Assembly: GCA_963932545.1 (NCBI GenBank)
Contig: CAWVRH010000010.1
Location: forward strand, 5,587-69,586
Direction of reading: 5' to 3'
Origin: an uncultured Rhodobiaceae bacterium
GTDB taxonomy: Bacteria > Pseudomonadota > Alphaproteobacteria > RS24
Length of the DNA stretch: 64,000 bases
This document shows positions 1 to 9,668 of this stretch, one piece after another. The stretch's first letter is position 1. Every line of letters starts with the position of its first letter. The position numbers and the translations under genes were made by a program. A model generated the notes under the pieces. The model saw nothing but the letters and a program-made list of their open reading frames with translations. It was not told the origin of the DNA and searched no databases.

Positions 1-1
1 T

Positions 2-91
2 GTTACGGGCGCCGAAGAAATTGAAACCGAAGGCTATGAAAGCCCTGAAGGCGAAAGCTACGCCTCTTTTGGTATCAATTACCTGTTCTAA
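2..91 (+). CDS. C-terminal fragment of an outer-membrane beta-barrel protein (gene starts left of the window)
   Basis: Frame 2 is open from the window edge to TAA at 89-91 and reads ...EGYESPEGESYASFGINYLF*. A C-terminus ending in Phe is the usual beta-barrel assembly signal. It is too short to appear in the ORF track. Confidence 0.45.
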   Translation, partial: VTGAEEIETEGYESPEGESYASFGINYLF

Positions 92-120
92 AGCGGTAAG
101 CTAATTTGGAGGGGAAACCC

Positions 121-2436
121 ATGTCACGTCGTCTCATGACCATTCTGGCTGGGTTTGCCCTCTGGATAGCTATCTTCGCCCTCGGGGTTCACCAGTCTCG
201 TGGGCTGCAATATGATAATGATAATTGGCTAGAGGCCGATAATCCCAATCAAATTGCGCGCGATATGTTGGCCGATCAGTTCAGCCAATATGAAGCCACG
301 ATGTTTTTGTTCAAAGCCGATAATCTGTTCACACAACGCGGCTATCAAGACGCGATTGCTTTCTCGGATGCGGTGAAGAAAATCGACAATGTGGTCGATG
401 TCGTGTCGGTCTATGACGCCAGCCTTATCATGACGGATGAGACGGATACGTTGCTGATTACCACCTATCGTGAAGCGCTAGAAAACGGCCAGTTGAAAGA
501 CTTGGCCGCGCTGGAAGTCAAGTTTAAAGAAAGCGAATTTATGGGCCGCCTGTTGTCGCAAGACGCCAAGCTCGGCTCTTTTATCGTCAAGCAAGACACC
601 GCAGGGCGCCCGTTTGACCGCCAAGAATTAGTGCAAAACGTGCGTGCTTTGGCCAGTGAAAATGCGCTTCTCGCCGATAGTCAGGTGGCTGGCGATGGCT
701 ATTTAAAATATTCGCTGGATGAGTCGAACAAGCAAGAATTGGGAACGATTTTAGGCTTGGCCGGCATTGGCATCGCGGTATTTTTATATTCTTTATTTGG
801 CCGTCTGTGGAAAACCGCTTTGGTTTTGGGCGTGGCCGTCACTTCGGTCAGCGTCGCCATGGCCATCATGCAGACCCTGGGCCACAACCTCACGGTGATT
901 GCGTTGGCTCTGCCGGTTATGTTGTCGGTGATTGTGGTGGCCGATAGCCTGCACATCATCCGCTATTGGGACAATGCCATAGATTTGGCTCATGACACCA
1001 CCGCGGTGGGCGAGATTATGCGCGAAACAGTGGACGCCACTTGGCTGCCGTGTTTGACGACGAGCGTGACCAGCGCCGTTGGTTTTGGTGTGTTTTATTT
1101 CTCGGAACTGACGCCTTTGCGCGATTTCGGCCTCGATAGTTTCATCGGTATTTTGTTGGGCTACGTCATTATGATGGGCGCCATTATGTTGGGGCTTTAT
1201 ACCATGACACCGCAGGCGCTACAGCGGCGTGGCGGGCAAGCGCATTTGTCTTTGCCGGATCGGGCGGCGGATAAAATTCTGCAACTCGATTGGAACGTGG
1301 TCGGCAATAATCGTCCCGTTACTTTCGCGGTGGCCGCAGCGCTGACTTTTATTTCGGTGGTAGCTTTGGTGATGAACGCCAAATCTGAGAGCAACCTGCT
1401 GGATGTGTTTTTTCAGCCAGACTCTGAGATTTATCAGGCTTTCGAACGCGTCGACAATGAGTTGGGCGGCTCGGGCGTGGTCTCGATGGTCTATCAAACG
1501 GGGGAAGACGATTACTTCCGCGAGATCTTGCCGTTTGAGGATATCCTGGCGGTGGAACAGCAAATTGTTAATCTGCGCACCGTTCATACAACCGAGAGCT
1601 TTAGCAGCGCCATTGGGCAAATTCACCGCTCGCTGGTCGACGATGGCTCGCAATATCCCGAGACGGGCGATCAATTGGCACAAGAGCTTTTGTTCTCCGA
1701 ATGGTCGCGCAGCGCCGAGAGCCGAGATGTTTTGGCCGAAAGTGTGAACTTTGGTTTTGATAGCAAGCATTTGCGTGCCTATACGTCGAATTTAAGCTCG
1801 TCTGAGTTGGGAACCCTGGTTGAAAAAATCAAAAAACAGATGCGCCTCGTAGGCCCCGAGAACCTGCCAGAACCTATTTTCACAGGTCATTCGGTGTTTT
1901 TCAGCCAATTGTCCGGCTATATTCTCGATACGCAATTCATCTCTATCGGTTTGACCTTCTGCCTAATTTTCATCGTCCTGACGCTCGAGTTTAACTTCCG
2001 CTTGGCGATGGCTGGGATGATTGCTTGTGGCCTGCCGATTTTAATCACGATGGGCACCATTGCCGCGCTCGGCTTCCCGTTTGATTTTGCCACGGTTATC
2101 ATCGCCAGTGTCACCATGGGGCTATCGATCGATGATACAATTCATATTTTGCACCGCTATAAACACCATTTGGTGGACGAGCATGAAGACCAAATTCAAT
2201 CTCTGCGCCAAGCCTTGTTTGTGCCGGGTCGCCCGATTGTTCAGTCGACCTTTTTATTCTGCTTCGGGGCCGGAGTTTTCTTGAGCTCTGATTTGGTGAT
2301 GCTGCAACGCTTTGCCAGCTTTACCATGTTGGGTCTTGTGTTGGCGCTATTGGGGGCGGCGTTGCTTTTGCCGAGCCTTTTGAGTGTTCCGTTTTTTACC
2401 AAAAGCACTTTGGCCGAGGCCGAGGCCACCCGTTAA
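121..2436 (+). CDS. RND-superfamily (MMPL/COG1033-type) predicted exporter
   Basis: The track ORF starts at TTG 106. ATG 121 (MSRRLMT...) follows GGAGGGG by 6 nt. Two hydrophobic helix bundles are separated by large soluble loops. Same architecture as the 783-aa ORF at 32735-35086. Confidence 0.8.
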   Translation: MSRRLMTILAGFALWIAIFALGVHQSRGLQYDNDNWLEADNPNQIARDMLADQFSQYEATMFLFKADNLFTQRGYQDAIAFSDAVKKIDNVVDVVSVYDASLIMTDETDTLLITTYREALENGQLKDLAALEVKFKESEFMGRLLSQDAKLGSFIVKQDTAGRPFDRQELVQNVRALASENALLADSQVAGDGYLKYSLDESNKQELGTILGLAGIGIAVFLYSLFGRLWKTALVLGVAVTSVSVAMAIMQTLGHNLTVIALALPVMLSVIVVADSLHIIRYWDNAIDLAHDTTAVGEIMRETVDATWLPCLTTSVTSAVGFGVFYFSELTPLRDFGLDSFIGILLGYVIMMGAIMLGLYTMTPQALQRRGGQAHLSLPDRAADKILQLDWNVVGNNRPVTFAVAAALTFISVVALVMNAKSESNLLDVFFQPDSEIYQAFERVDNELGGSGVVSMVYQTGEDDYFREILPFEDILAVEQQIVNLRTVHTTESFSSAIGQIHRSLVDDGSQYPETGDQLAQELLFSEWSRSAESRDVLAESVNFGFDSKHLRAYTSNLSSSELGTLVEKIKKQMRLVGPENLPEPIFTGHSVFFSQLSGYILDTQFISIGLTFCLIFIVLTLEFNFRLAMAGMIACGLPILITMGTIAALGFPFDFATVIIASVTMGLSIDDTIHILHRYKHHLVDEHEDQIQSLRQALFVPGRPIVQSTFLFCFGAGVFLSSDLVMLQRFASFTMLGLVLALLGAALLLPSLLSVPFFTKSTLAEAEATR

Positions 2437-2516
2437 AACGCGCCGACTTATCGTTTGGCGCGCGCCATTTTACCTGATAGTTTGTCGCCAAATAGCGAGC
2501 GTGCAGGGGGATAATC

Positions 2517-4013
2517 ATGCGGGAAGTAAAACATTTTATTGCGGGTCAAGCGACACGTGGCGCGGCCACGCGCGATGGAGATATCTATAATCCAAGCACC
2601 GGCCAAATTCAGGCCACGGTTTGTCTGGGCGGTGCCACAGATATGCAAGCTGCCGTGGATGCGGCCAAAAAAGTGCAACCCGAATGGGCCGCCACCAACC
2701 CGCAAAGACGTGCGCGCGTGATGTTCGCTTTCAAGCAATTGCTGGAAGATAATATGGACGAGCTGGCCGCCATGCTGTCGTCGGAACACGGCAAAGTAAT
2801 TGCCGATTCGAAGGGCGACATTCAACGCGGTCTCGAAGTCATCGAATTTGCCTGCGGTATTCCGCATTTGCTGAAAGGCGAATATACCGAAGGCGCAGGG
2901 CCCGGCATTGATATTTATGCGACCCGCCAGCCGCTTGGCATTGTGGCGGGCATTACGCCCTTTAATTTTCCAGCCATGATCCCAATGTGGATGTTCGGCA
3001 TCGCCATTGCTTGTGGCAATGCGTTTATCCTAAAGCCATCAGAAAAAGATCCGAGCTTGCCTGTGCGCTTGGCCGAGTTGATGCTCGAAGCGGGCGCACC
3101 GGAAGGCCTGCTGAACGTTGTGCATGGCGATAAAGAGGCCGTGGATGCGGTTCTGCATCACCCTGATATCAAGGCCGTGAGCTTTGTAGGTTCATCTGAT
3201 ATTGCCCAATATGTTTACTCGACGGGTGCCGCCAACGGTAAACGCGTGCAAGCCATGGGCGGGGCTAAAAATCATGGCATCATTATGCCAGACGCTGATA
3301 TGGACCAAGTGATTGCCGACTTTTCGGGCGCGGCTTTTGGCTCGGCTGGCGAACGCTGTATGGCCCTGCCTGTGGCTGTGCCTGTAGGTAAAGCCACGGC
3401 TGATGAATTTATTGGCCGCATGCAAGAAGAAATGGCCAAATTAACGGTTGGCGTTTCCAGCGACCCAGACGCGCATTATGGCCCTGTCGTTTCGGCGGCC
3501 CATCGCGCCAAAGTAGAGAGCTATATTGAGATGGGCGTCAAAGAAGGCGCCGAGCTTCTCGTCGACGGTCGTGGCCTCAGCCTGCAAGGGAATGAGGAAG
3601 GCTTTTTCATTGGGCCGTCTTTATTCGATAAGGTGACCTCGGGTATGCAGTCTTATCAGGAAGAGATTTTTGGGCCTGTTTTGCAAGTGGTTCGTGCGGA
3701 AAACCTCGAAGAGGCGGCGCGTTTGCCATCCGAGCATCCTTATGGCAACGGCGTGGCGATTTTCACCCGCAATGGGTTGGCGGCGCGCGAATTTGCCTCC
3801 AAGGTAAACGTCGGCATGGTTGGCATTAACGTGCCGATTCCCGTGCCAGTGGCGTATCATACGTTTGGCGGCTGGAAGCGCTCGGCCTTTGGCGACACCA
3901 ATCAGCACGGGCCTGAGGGTATTAAATTCTATACCAAAGTGAAAACAGTCACCCAGCGCTGGCCATCTGGCGATGTGGATGACCAATCGTTCATCATCCC
4001 AACGATGAAATAA
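2517..4013 (+). CDS. mmsA: methylmalonate-semialdehyde dehydrogenase (CoA-acylating)
   Basis: 498 aa. N-terminus MREVKHFIAGQ, motifs MGGAKNH and FGSAGERCMA (catalytic Cys), and a C-terminus typical of MMSDH. SD AGGGGGA lies upstream. Confidence 0.9.
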   Translation: MREVKHFIAGQATRGAATRDGDIYNPSTGQIQATVCLGGATDMQAAVDAAKKVQPEWAATNPQRRARVMFAFKQLLEDNMDELAAMLSSEHGKVIADSKGDIQRGLEVIEFACGIPHLLKGEYTEGAGPGIDIYATRQPLGIVAGITPFNFPAMIPMWMFGIAIACGNAFILKPSEKDPSLPVRLAELMLEAGAPEGLLNVVHGDKEAVDAVLHHPDIKAVSFVGSSDIAQYVYSTGAANGKRVQAMGGAKNHGIIMPDADMDQVIADFSGAAFGSAGERCMALPVAVPVGKATADEFIGRMQEEMAKLTVGVSSDPDAHYGPVVSAAHRAKVESYIEMGVKEGAELLVDGRGLSLQGNEEGFFIGPSLFDKVTSGMQSYQEEIFGPVLQVVRAENLEEAARLPSEHPYGNGVAIFTRNGLAAREFASKVNVGMVGINVPIPVPVAYHTFGGWKRSAFGDTNQHGPEGIKFYTKVKTVTQRWPSGDVDDQSFIIPTMK

Positions 4014-4090
4014 GCTATAGGCTAAGGCCTCAAGGCTTGCCCTTTTTGTCAATCAGGGCATACTTAAGGCCAAGCTATAATTGTAATTTA

Positions 4091-4114
4091 CCTCACGAAA
4101 TGTGAGGTCGTTTT
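4091..4114 (+). terminator. weak hairpin plus T-run downstream of mmsA
   Basis: CCTCAC-gaaat-GTGAGG followed by TCGTTTTG. The stem is only 6 bp and ends 12 nt before the next start codon. Confidence 0.3.
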
Positions 4115-4126
4115 GATGGAAAAAAC

Positions 4127-5599
4127 ATGAGCCAGTCACAAACCGCCGACGTAAAACATACCGATGTCCTAATTATCGGGGCCGGAATTTCCGGAATTTC
4201 CTCCGCTTTTCATATGAAAAAGCACAGCCCCCAAACGTCGTTCGAAATTCTTGAACAACGCGACAGCATCGGCGGCACGTGGAACCTATTCAAATATCCC
4301 GGCGTGCGCTCCGATAGTGACATGTATACGCTCGGCTTTTCGTTCCGCCCATGGAAACAAGCCAAAGCCATTGCCGATGCTCCCGCCATTATGGATTATC
4401 TCAAGGGCGCGGTGAACGACGGTAAAATTGACGAGACCATTCGCTTTGGAAAAAAAGTAGTGGAAGCCAAATGGTCGACGCCCGACAGCAAATGGTTCGT
4501 GACCATTGAAGACAAAGCCTCGGGCGAGCGCCAGATACAAAGCTGCAAATTCCTCCATAGCTGTGCCGGTTATTATAATTACGACCATGGATATCAACCA
4601 GATTTCCCGGGCTCAGATAGCTTTAAGGGTGAGATTGTGCATCCGCAATTCTGGCCAGAGGACTTGGAATACGAAGGCAAAAAGGTGGTCGTCATCGGCT
4701 CTGGCGCGACGGCAGTTACCTTGGTGCCAGCTATGGCGCGCGCCGCCTCGCAAGTCACCATGTTACAACGTTCGCCGACGTATATCGTGGCGCGTCCGGC
4801 TGAAGATGGTTTTGCCAATTTCACCCGTAAGTTTTTACCGTCGATGATGGCTTATGGGCTGGCGCGCTGGAAAAATGTTTTGATGGGACGGTTCTTCTTT
4901 TGGATGTGCCGCAAATATCCAGATGCCGTTAAAAAGCGTCTGTTGGCTGAATTGCCAGCCCTGCTGCCAGAAGGCTTTGATATTGAGAAACACCTAACGC
5001 CTAAATATAACCCTTGGGATCAGCGCGTCTGCTTGGCGCCCGATGGTGATTTTTTCACCTCCATCCGCAAAGGCAAGGCCGATATTGTGACCGACCATAT
5101 CGAGCGCTTTACGCCAAATGGCATTGAGCTGAAGTCTGGCGAAACCCTCGAGGCGGATGTTGTGGTTTCTGCCACGGGTCTTGATTTGAACTTCCTAGGC
5201 AACATCCAAGTGAGTGTGGATGGCGAAGCTGTGGAGCCTGGCAATTTGCTGAATTACAAAGGCATGATGTATTCTGGTATCCCAAATCTTGTCGCGTCCT
5301 TTGGCTATACCAATGCGTCTTGGACGCTGCGCTGTGACCTGACCTCGCGCTATCTGACGCGTATGGTAAATTACATGGACAAAAAAGGTTTAGGCCGCGC
5401 CATGCCGACCCCCGATATGGCCGATGTTGAGTTCGAGCCTTTGCTCGATTTCTCCTCTGGCTACATAACGCGCAAATCAGCTGAGCTGCCGAAACAGGGC
5501 AGCATTAAGCCTTGGGTTATGTACCAAAACTATATTGCCGACATCTTTTTGGTGAAATTTGGCGCCTTGCGCGACAATGGACTTAAATTCACCAAATAG
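4127..5599 (+). CDS. type I Baeyer-Villiger / flavin-containing monooxygenase
   Basis: Two Rossmann motifs (GAGISG, GSGATA). The BVMO fingerprint FxGxxxHxxxWP is present as FKGEIVHPQFWP. Confidence 0.85.
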   Translation: MSQSQTADVKHTDVLIIGAGISGISSAFHMKKHSPQTSFEILEQRDSIGGTWNLFKYPGVRSDSDMYTLGFSFRPWKQAKAIADAPAIMDYLKGAVNDGKIDETIRFGKKVVEAKWSTPDSKWFVTIEDKASGERQIQSCKFLHSCAGYYNYDHGYQPDFPGSDSFKGEIVHPQFWPEDLEYEGKKVVVIGSGATAVTLVPAMARAASQVTMLQRSPTYIVARPAEDGFANFTRKFLPSMMAYGLARWKNVLMGRFFFWMCRKYPDAVKKRLLAELPALLPEGFDIEKHLTPKYNPWDQRVCLAPDGDFFTSIRKGKADIVTDHIERFTPNGIELKSGETLEADVVVSATGLDLNFLGNIQVSVDGEAVEPGNLLNYKGMMYSGIPNLVASFGYTNASWTLRCDLTSRYLTRMVNYMDKKGLGRAMPTPDMADVEFEPLLDFSSGYITRKSAELPKQGSIKPWVMYQNYIADIFLVKFGALRDNGLKFTK

Positions 5600-5609
5600 G
5601 GGCGTGCCG

Positions 5610-6839
5610 CTATAGGCTGGCCGCTAAGGCGCGGGTGCCAACGAGCATTTGCTTGAAACTTTTACGCAGCATATTGGCTGTTTGGTCGGGGCTTGCAAAA
5701 GTTGCGATGACGAGGTTTTTTGCCTGATTGACGTAAATCATTTGGCCATGCACGCCCATCGCTAAACGCTCGCCTTGGGCGACGTCGAAATTCCACCAGA
5801 AACTGCGATAGCCAGTAAAACCTGGCATGTATTTTGGGTGATCGGGGTCGGTGTTAATGCCGGCTTTGCCAGCCGCTAAGTCTTCGGGCGTCAGGGTATA
5901 AGTGTCGGCCATCCAGTCGGCGGGCGCGATTTGTGTATCGCCCAATTTGCCATTGCCCAAGGCCATCAACCCAAAGCGTGCCGCGTCCCGCAATGTCGAA
6001 TTAAAGCCACCTGTAGAAATGGGGGCAAAAGCGACATCCGTGGTGAACACGCCATCATGTTCTGTGCCGAGTGGCGCCCAAATTTTATCGCGCACATAAT
6101 CTTTCAGCGGTTGGCCGGTGACGCGCTCGATGAGCCAGCCAATGACATCCACATTGGGCGATTGATATTCATATTCAGCACCGCTCACGCCGCCCTTGGC
6201 GCGGGTGAATTTTGGCAACATATCGCGCACGCCGCGCGGCGTGTCGGTCAGAATCGGGTCGATGGCCAGCAGCTCAAAATCTGCGAAAAAGCCTAAGCGA
6301 CGGAAATATTCCAGATGCACACTGCCCGGGCTCATATCCTCATAGTCTTCTGTGTAATTAAGAGCGGTTACCATGTTCAGCGTGTCGCGAAGGCTAACTT
6401 CAGCAAATACGCCGCCCTCTAGCTCTGGCAGATATTTGGCAGGTGAGGCGGTCTCGTCTATGTCATGTTCGCTGGCCGCAATACCATAGGCGGTGGAGAT
6501 GAGCGACTTGGTCATGGAAGCCCATAGATGGTGGTCGTGCGGGCGGAAGTTGTCGAAATAGCTCTCATAGATAATCTCATTGTTTTGCACGACGAGATAG
6601 CCATCCAGCGAGTCGGCTGCCATGGCATCGCCAAGTCTCACGCGCTCGCCATTATGTTCATAAGTAAAATTATCAATGTCTTGCGTGGTGCCTTTGGGCA
6701 GCTGATAAATCGTCTCGCCACGCGGTATCATAACGCTGGGTAGAATGGAGAAATTACGCAAGGCCCAGCGAATGTTATCGGGCGCGCGCCAGCCAGAAAA
6801 CGAGGCGGTATCGGGGGTTTGGCGAGAGTATTTAGACAT
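5610..6839 (-). CDS. serine hydrolase of the beta-lactamase / family VIII esterase fold
   Basis: SxxK motif in WASMTKSLIS. I place the start at ATG 6839 (MSKYSRQ...) after AGAGGA. The longer track ORF to 6995 would overlap the upstream crotonase gene. Confidence 0.8.
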   Translation of the reverse strand: MSKYSRQTPDTASFSGWRAPDNIRWALRNFSILPSVMIPRGETIYQLPKGTTQDIDNFTYEHNGERVRLGDAMAADSLDGYLVVQNNEIIYESYFDNFRPHDHHLWASMTKSLISTAYGIAASEHDIDETASPAKYLPELEGGVFAEVSLRDTLNMVTALNYTEDYEDMSPGSVHLEYFRRLGFFADFELLAIDPILTDTPRGVRDMLPKFTRAKGGVSGAEYEYQSPNVDVIGWLIERVTGQPLKDYVRDKIWAPLGTEHDGVFTTDVAFAPISTGGFNSTLRDAARFGLMALGNGKLGDTQIAPADWMADTYTLTPEDLAAGKAGINTDPDHPKYMPGFTGYRSFWWNFDVAQGERLAMGVHGQMIYVNQAKNLVIATFASPDQTANMLRKSFKQMLVGTRALAASL

Positions 6840-6864
6840 GATGATTTCCTCTATCGAGTTTAGT

Positions 6865-7638
6865 TTATTTTTGGTTCTGGCCGCGTTGGCGAATGTTTTC
6901 GCGTCGCGCTTCAATGGCCTGCCCGTCGACTTTAGAGTTCGCGGCGCCGCTGCGCTTGGCTTCCAAATGCATGCCATCGCCAAAAGTCTGTGCATAGCCG
7001 TCGTCCATCAGGGCTTTATAGGCAACCAGCGTTTCGGGCACGCAAGATTCCATGTCGTTGGCCAGTTTCAACGCCGTGTCCAACAAAGCGTCTGGTGCCA
7101 CAACATGATTGATCAAACCCCAATCTAATGCCTGTTCAGCCGAGATAAAATTGCCGGTCAGCGAAACCTCTTTGGCGCGCGATGGGCCTAACAAGCGGGT
7201 GAGTTTTTGGCTCAAGCCCCAGCCGGGCAAAATACCGACACGGGCATGCGTATCTGCAAAGCGCGTGTTGGGCGTACCGATAAGCACATCGCAAGCCAAA
7301 GCAATTTCGAAACCACCCGTGATGGCCACGCCGTTAATGGCGCCAATGACGGGGCCTGAAAAGCGCCCGATAGATTTCACCGGATCATCGGTGGTAATGG
7401 CGATGGCAGGGCCGTCGGCATTTTCGCCTAGTTCTTTCAAATCTAGACCCGCCGTAAAAGCTCTCTCTCCGGCACCGGTTAAAATGACCACGCGAATATC
7501 GGTATCGGCTTCTAATTTATCCATGGTTTGCGCCAGTTGGCTTTTCAATGGCGCCGATAAAGCGTTCATCGCTTCGGGGCGATTGAGGGTAACAATGGCG
7601 GTGGCGCCGTGGCGGTCTACAGTAACGAGTTCAGTCAT
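6865..7638 (-). CDS. enoyl-CoA hydratase/isomerase (crotonase) family
   Basis: 257 aa. IVTLNRPEAMNAL, TGAGERAFTAGLDLKE and GGFEIALACD are crotonase signatures. SD AAGGAA precedes the ATG. Confidence 0.85.
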   Translation of the reverse strand: MTELVTVDRHGATAIVTLNRPEAMNALSAPLKSQLAQTMDKLEADTDIRVVILTGAGERAFTAGLDLKELGENADGPAIAITTDDPVKSIGRFSGPVIGAINGVAITGGFEIALACDVLIGTPNTRFADTHARVGILPGWGLSQKLTRLLGPSRAKEVSLTGNFISAEQALDWGLINHVVAPDALLDTALKLANDMESCVPETLVAYKALMDDGYAQTFGDGMHLEAKRSGAANSKVDGQAIEARRENIRQRGQNQK

Positions 7639-7649
7639 GGTTATTTCCT

Positions 7650-9551
7650 TTAAGGGGTTTGGGGGTAGCCGAGCGCCAATAAGCGCTCGCTGATTTCATC
7701 TAGAATTACGGGGTCGTCAATGGTGGCGGGCATGTTCCAGTCTTCGCCATTGGCGATTTTTCGAATGGTGGCGCGCAATATTTTGCCCGAGCGCGTTTTG
7801 GGCAAGCGCGCAACCCGCGTCGCCAATTTGAACGAAGCGACCGGGCCAATTTCATCGCGCACCTTTTGGATGCATTGTTGAACAATCTCTTCGTCGGGAG
7901 CGTTCACCCCATCGTTAAAGACCAAAAGTCCGAGCGGTAACTCGCCCTTCAGCGCGTCTTTGACCCCCATAACCGCGCATTCGGCGATGTCTGGATGGCC
8001 AGCTAAAACTTCCTCCATACCGCCCGTCGATAAACGGTGGCCTGCGACATTGATAATGTCGTCGGTGCGCGACATGACATAGAGATAGCCGTCTTGGTCT
8101 AGGAATCCGGCGTCGCCTGTTTTGTAGTAGCCCGGATAATCTTGCAAATAGGAGCTTTCAAAGCCCTCGCGATTTTGCCAAAGCCCCGGCAAGCAGCCCG
8201 GCGGCAGCGGCAGTTTTATAACAATGGATCCGGTCTCTTGTGCGGCCACGCGGCGGCCATCTTCGCCCAAAACAGCCAGCTCATACCCCGGCATAGCCAC
8301 GGCGGGGGAGCCTTTTTTAATAGGCAGGGCTTCGATACCAAGAGGGTTGGCACAAATTGGCCAGCCGGTTTCGGTCTGCCACCAATTGTCGATGACGGGC
8401 ACGCCAAGCGCCGCTTCGGCCCAATTAATCGTGTCGGGGTCAACCCGCTCGCCCGCCAAATATAAAGTCTCGAAGTGGCGCAAATCATAATCGGCCACCA
8501 GCTTGCCTTCGGGGTCTTGTTTTTTAATCGCGCGAAAGGCGGTTGGCGCGGTGAATAAGGCTTTTACTTTATGCTCGGCGAGGACGCGCCAGAAAGCGCC
8601 TGCATCGGGCGTGCCAATGGGCTTGCCCTCATAAATGACACTGGTGGCACCGACGCACAGGGGGCCATATAGAATAAAACTATGTCCAACTACCCAGCCA
8701 AAATCGGACGCTGACCAGAACACGTCGCCCGCGCCAATGGTGTAAATGTTTTCCATCGCCCAAGATAAAGAGACCAAATGGCCGCCCGTGTCTCGCACCA
8801 CGCCTTTGGGCACGCCCGTGGTGCCAGACGTGTAAAGGATATAGAGAGGGTCGGTGGCCAGAACAGGCACGCAAGCCGGGCGGTTGTTTTGCGCCCGCGC
8901 TTTGTCTTCTTCCGCCTGCCAATCGAAATCGCGCTCAGGCTCTAGCGTGGCCTCGGCTTCGGGACGCTGAAAAATAATACAGGTGGTGGGCTTATGGGTG
9001 GCCAGCTCTATGGCGCTATCGAGCAGGGGTTTATAGGCGATGGTGCGGCCCGGCTCGAGCCCGCAGGAGGCGGCGAGAATGAGTTTTGGTTTGGCGTCAT
9101 TCAGACGTGTGGCCAGCTCGGCTGCGGCAAAACCGCCAAAGACAATCGAATGCACCGCACCAAGGCGCGCGCACGCCAAAGCGGCAATCGCGGTCTCTAC
9201 AATCATCGGCATATAGATAATCACGCGGTCGCCTTTTTCGACGCCGTGGCTGACCAACATGCCCGCCACCAGCTCGACGCGATCCAGCAGGTTTGCGTAG
9301 CTGAGTTTTGTCACACTCTCGGTCAGCGGGCTGTCATGAATAAAGGCGATGCGTTCGCCATGGCCGTCTTGCACATGGCGGTCGACGCAATTGAAGCACG
9401 TGTTCAACACGCCATCGACGTACCAACGATCGCCGCTTTCATTGGTCTCAAAAATGGTTTTAGGAGGGGTGTCCCAGCTCACGCGGGCAGCTTGGGTCTG
9501 CCAAAATGCCTGCGGCTGGCTTTGCCACTGTTGATAGATATCTTGATACAT
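7650..9551 (-). CDS. prpE: propionate--CoA ligase-like acyl-CoA synthetase
   Basis: About 633 aa. Blocks YMPMIVE, ILYTSGTTGVPKGV, DFGWVVGHS, VIDNWWQTETGWPI, DDIINVAGHRLSTGGMEE and LPKTRSGKILR match my memory of PrpE/ACS-type ligases. Start is ATG 9551, 5 nt after GGGAGG. Confidence 0.75.
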   Translation of the reverse strand: MYQDIYQQWQSQPQAFWQTQAARVSWDTPPKTIFETNESGDRWYVDGVLNTCFNCVDRHVQDGHGERIAFIHDSPLTESVTKLSYANLLDRVELVAGMLVSHGVEKGDRVIIYMPMIVETAIAALACARLGAVHSIVFGGFAAAELATRLNDAKPKLILAASCGLEPGRTIAYKPLLDSAIELATHKPTTCIIFQRPEAEATLEPERDFDWQAEEDKARAQNNRPACVPVLATDPLYILYTSGTTGVPKGVVRDTGGHLVSLSWAMENIYTIGAGDVFWSASDFGWVVGHSFILYGPLCVGATSVIYEGKPIGTPDAGAFWRVLAEHKVKALFTAPTAFRAIKKQDPEGKLVADYDLRHFETLYLAGERVDPDTINWAEAALGVPVIDNWWQTETGWPICANPLGIEALPIKKGSPAVAMPGYELAVLGEDGRRVAAQETGSIVIKLPLPPGCLPGLWQNREGFESSYLQDYPGYYKTGDAGFLDQDGYLYVMSRTDDIINVAGHRLSTGGMEEVLAGHPDIAECAVMGVKDALKGELPLGLLVFNDGVNAPDEEIVQQCIQKVRDEIGPVASFKLATRVARLPKTRSGKILRATIRKIANGEDWNMPATIDDPVILDEISERLLALGYPQTP

Positions 9552-9668
9552 AATGCCTCCCATTGAGCGTAGCTTATCGGTTAGGCGAGAAAGGTCAATC
9601 TCTGGCGCTATAGCGGCTTGTCTTTCGCGCGGGCATGAGGCAATCTTGGGGTAATTAGGGAGAGAACC

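Noticed and set aside
106-120. The TTG start at 106 for the first RND gene, and similar upstream starts given in the track for 5610-6995, 15986, 19898, 21611, 22974, 41972, 43256 and 56317-57933
   Set aside because: In each case an internal ATG preceded by a good SD coincides with the start of recognisable homology or with a signal peptide. The upstream extensions overlap neighbouring genes or terminators.
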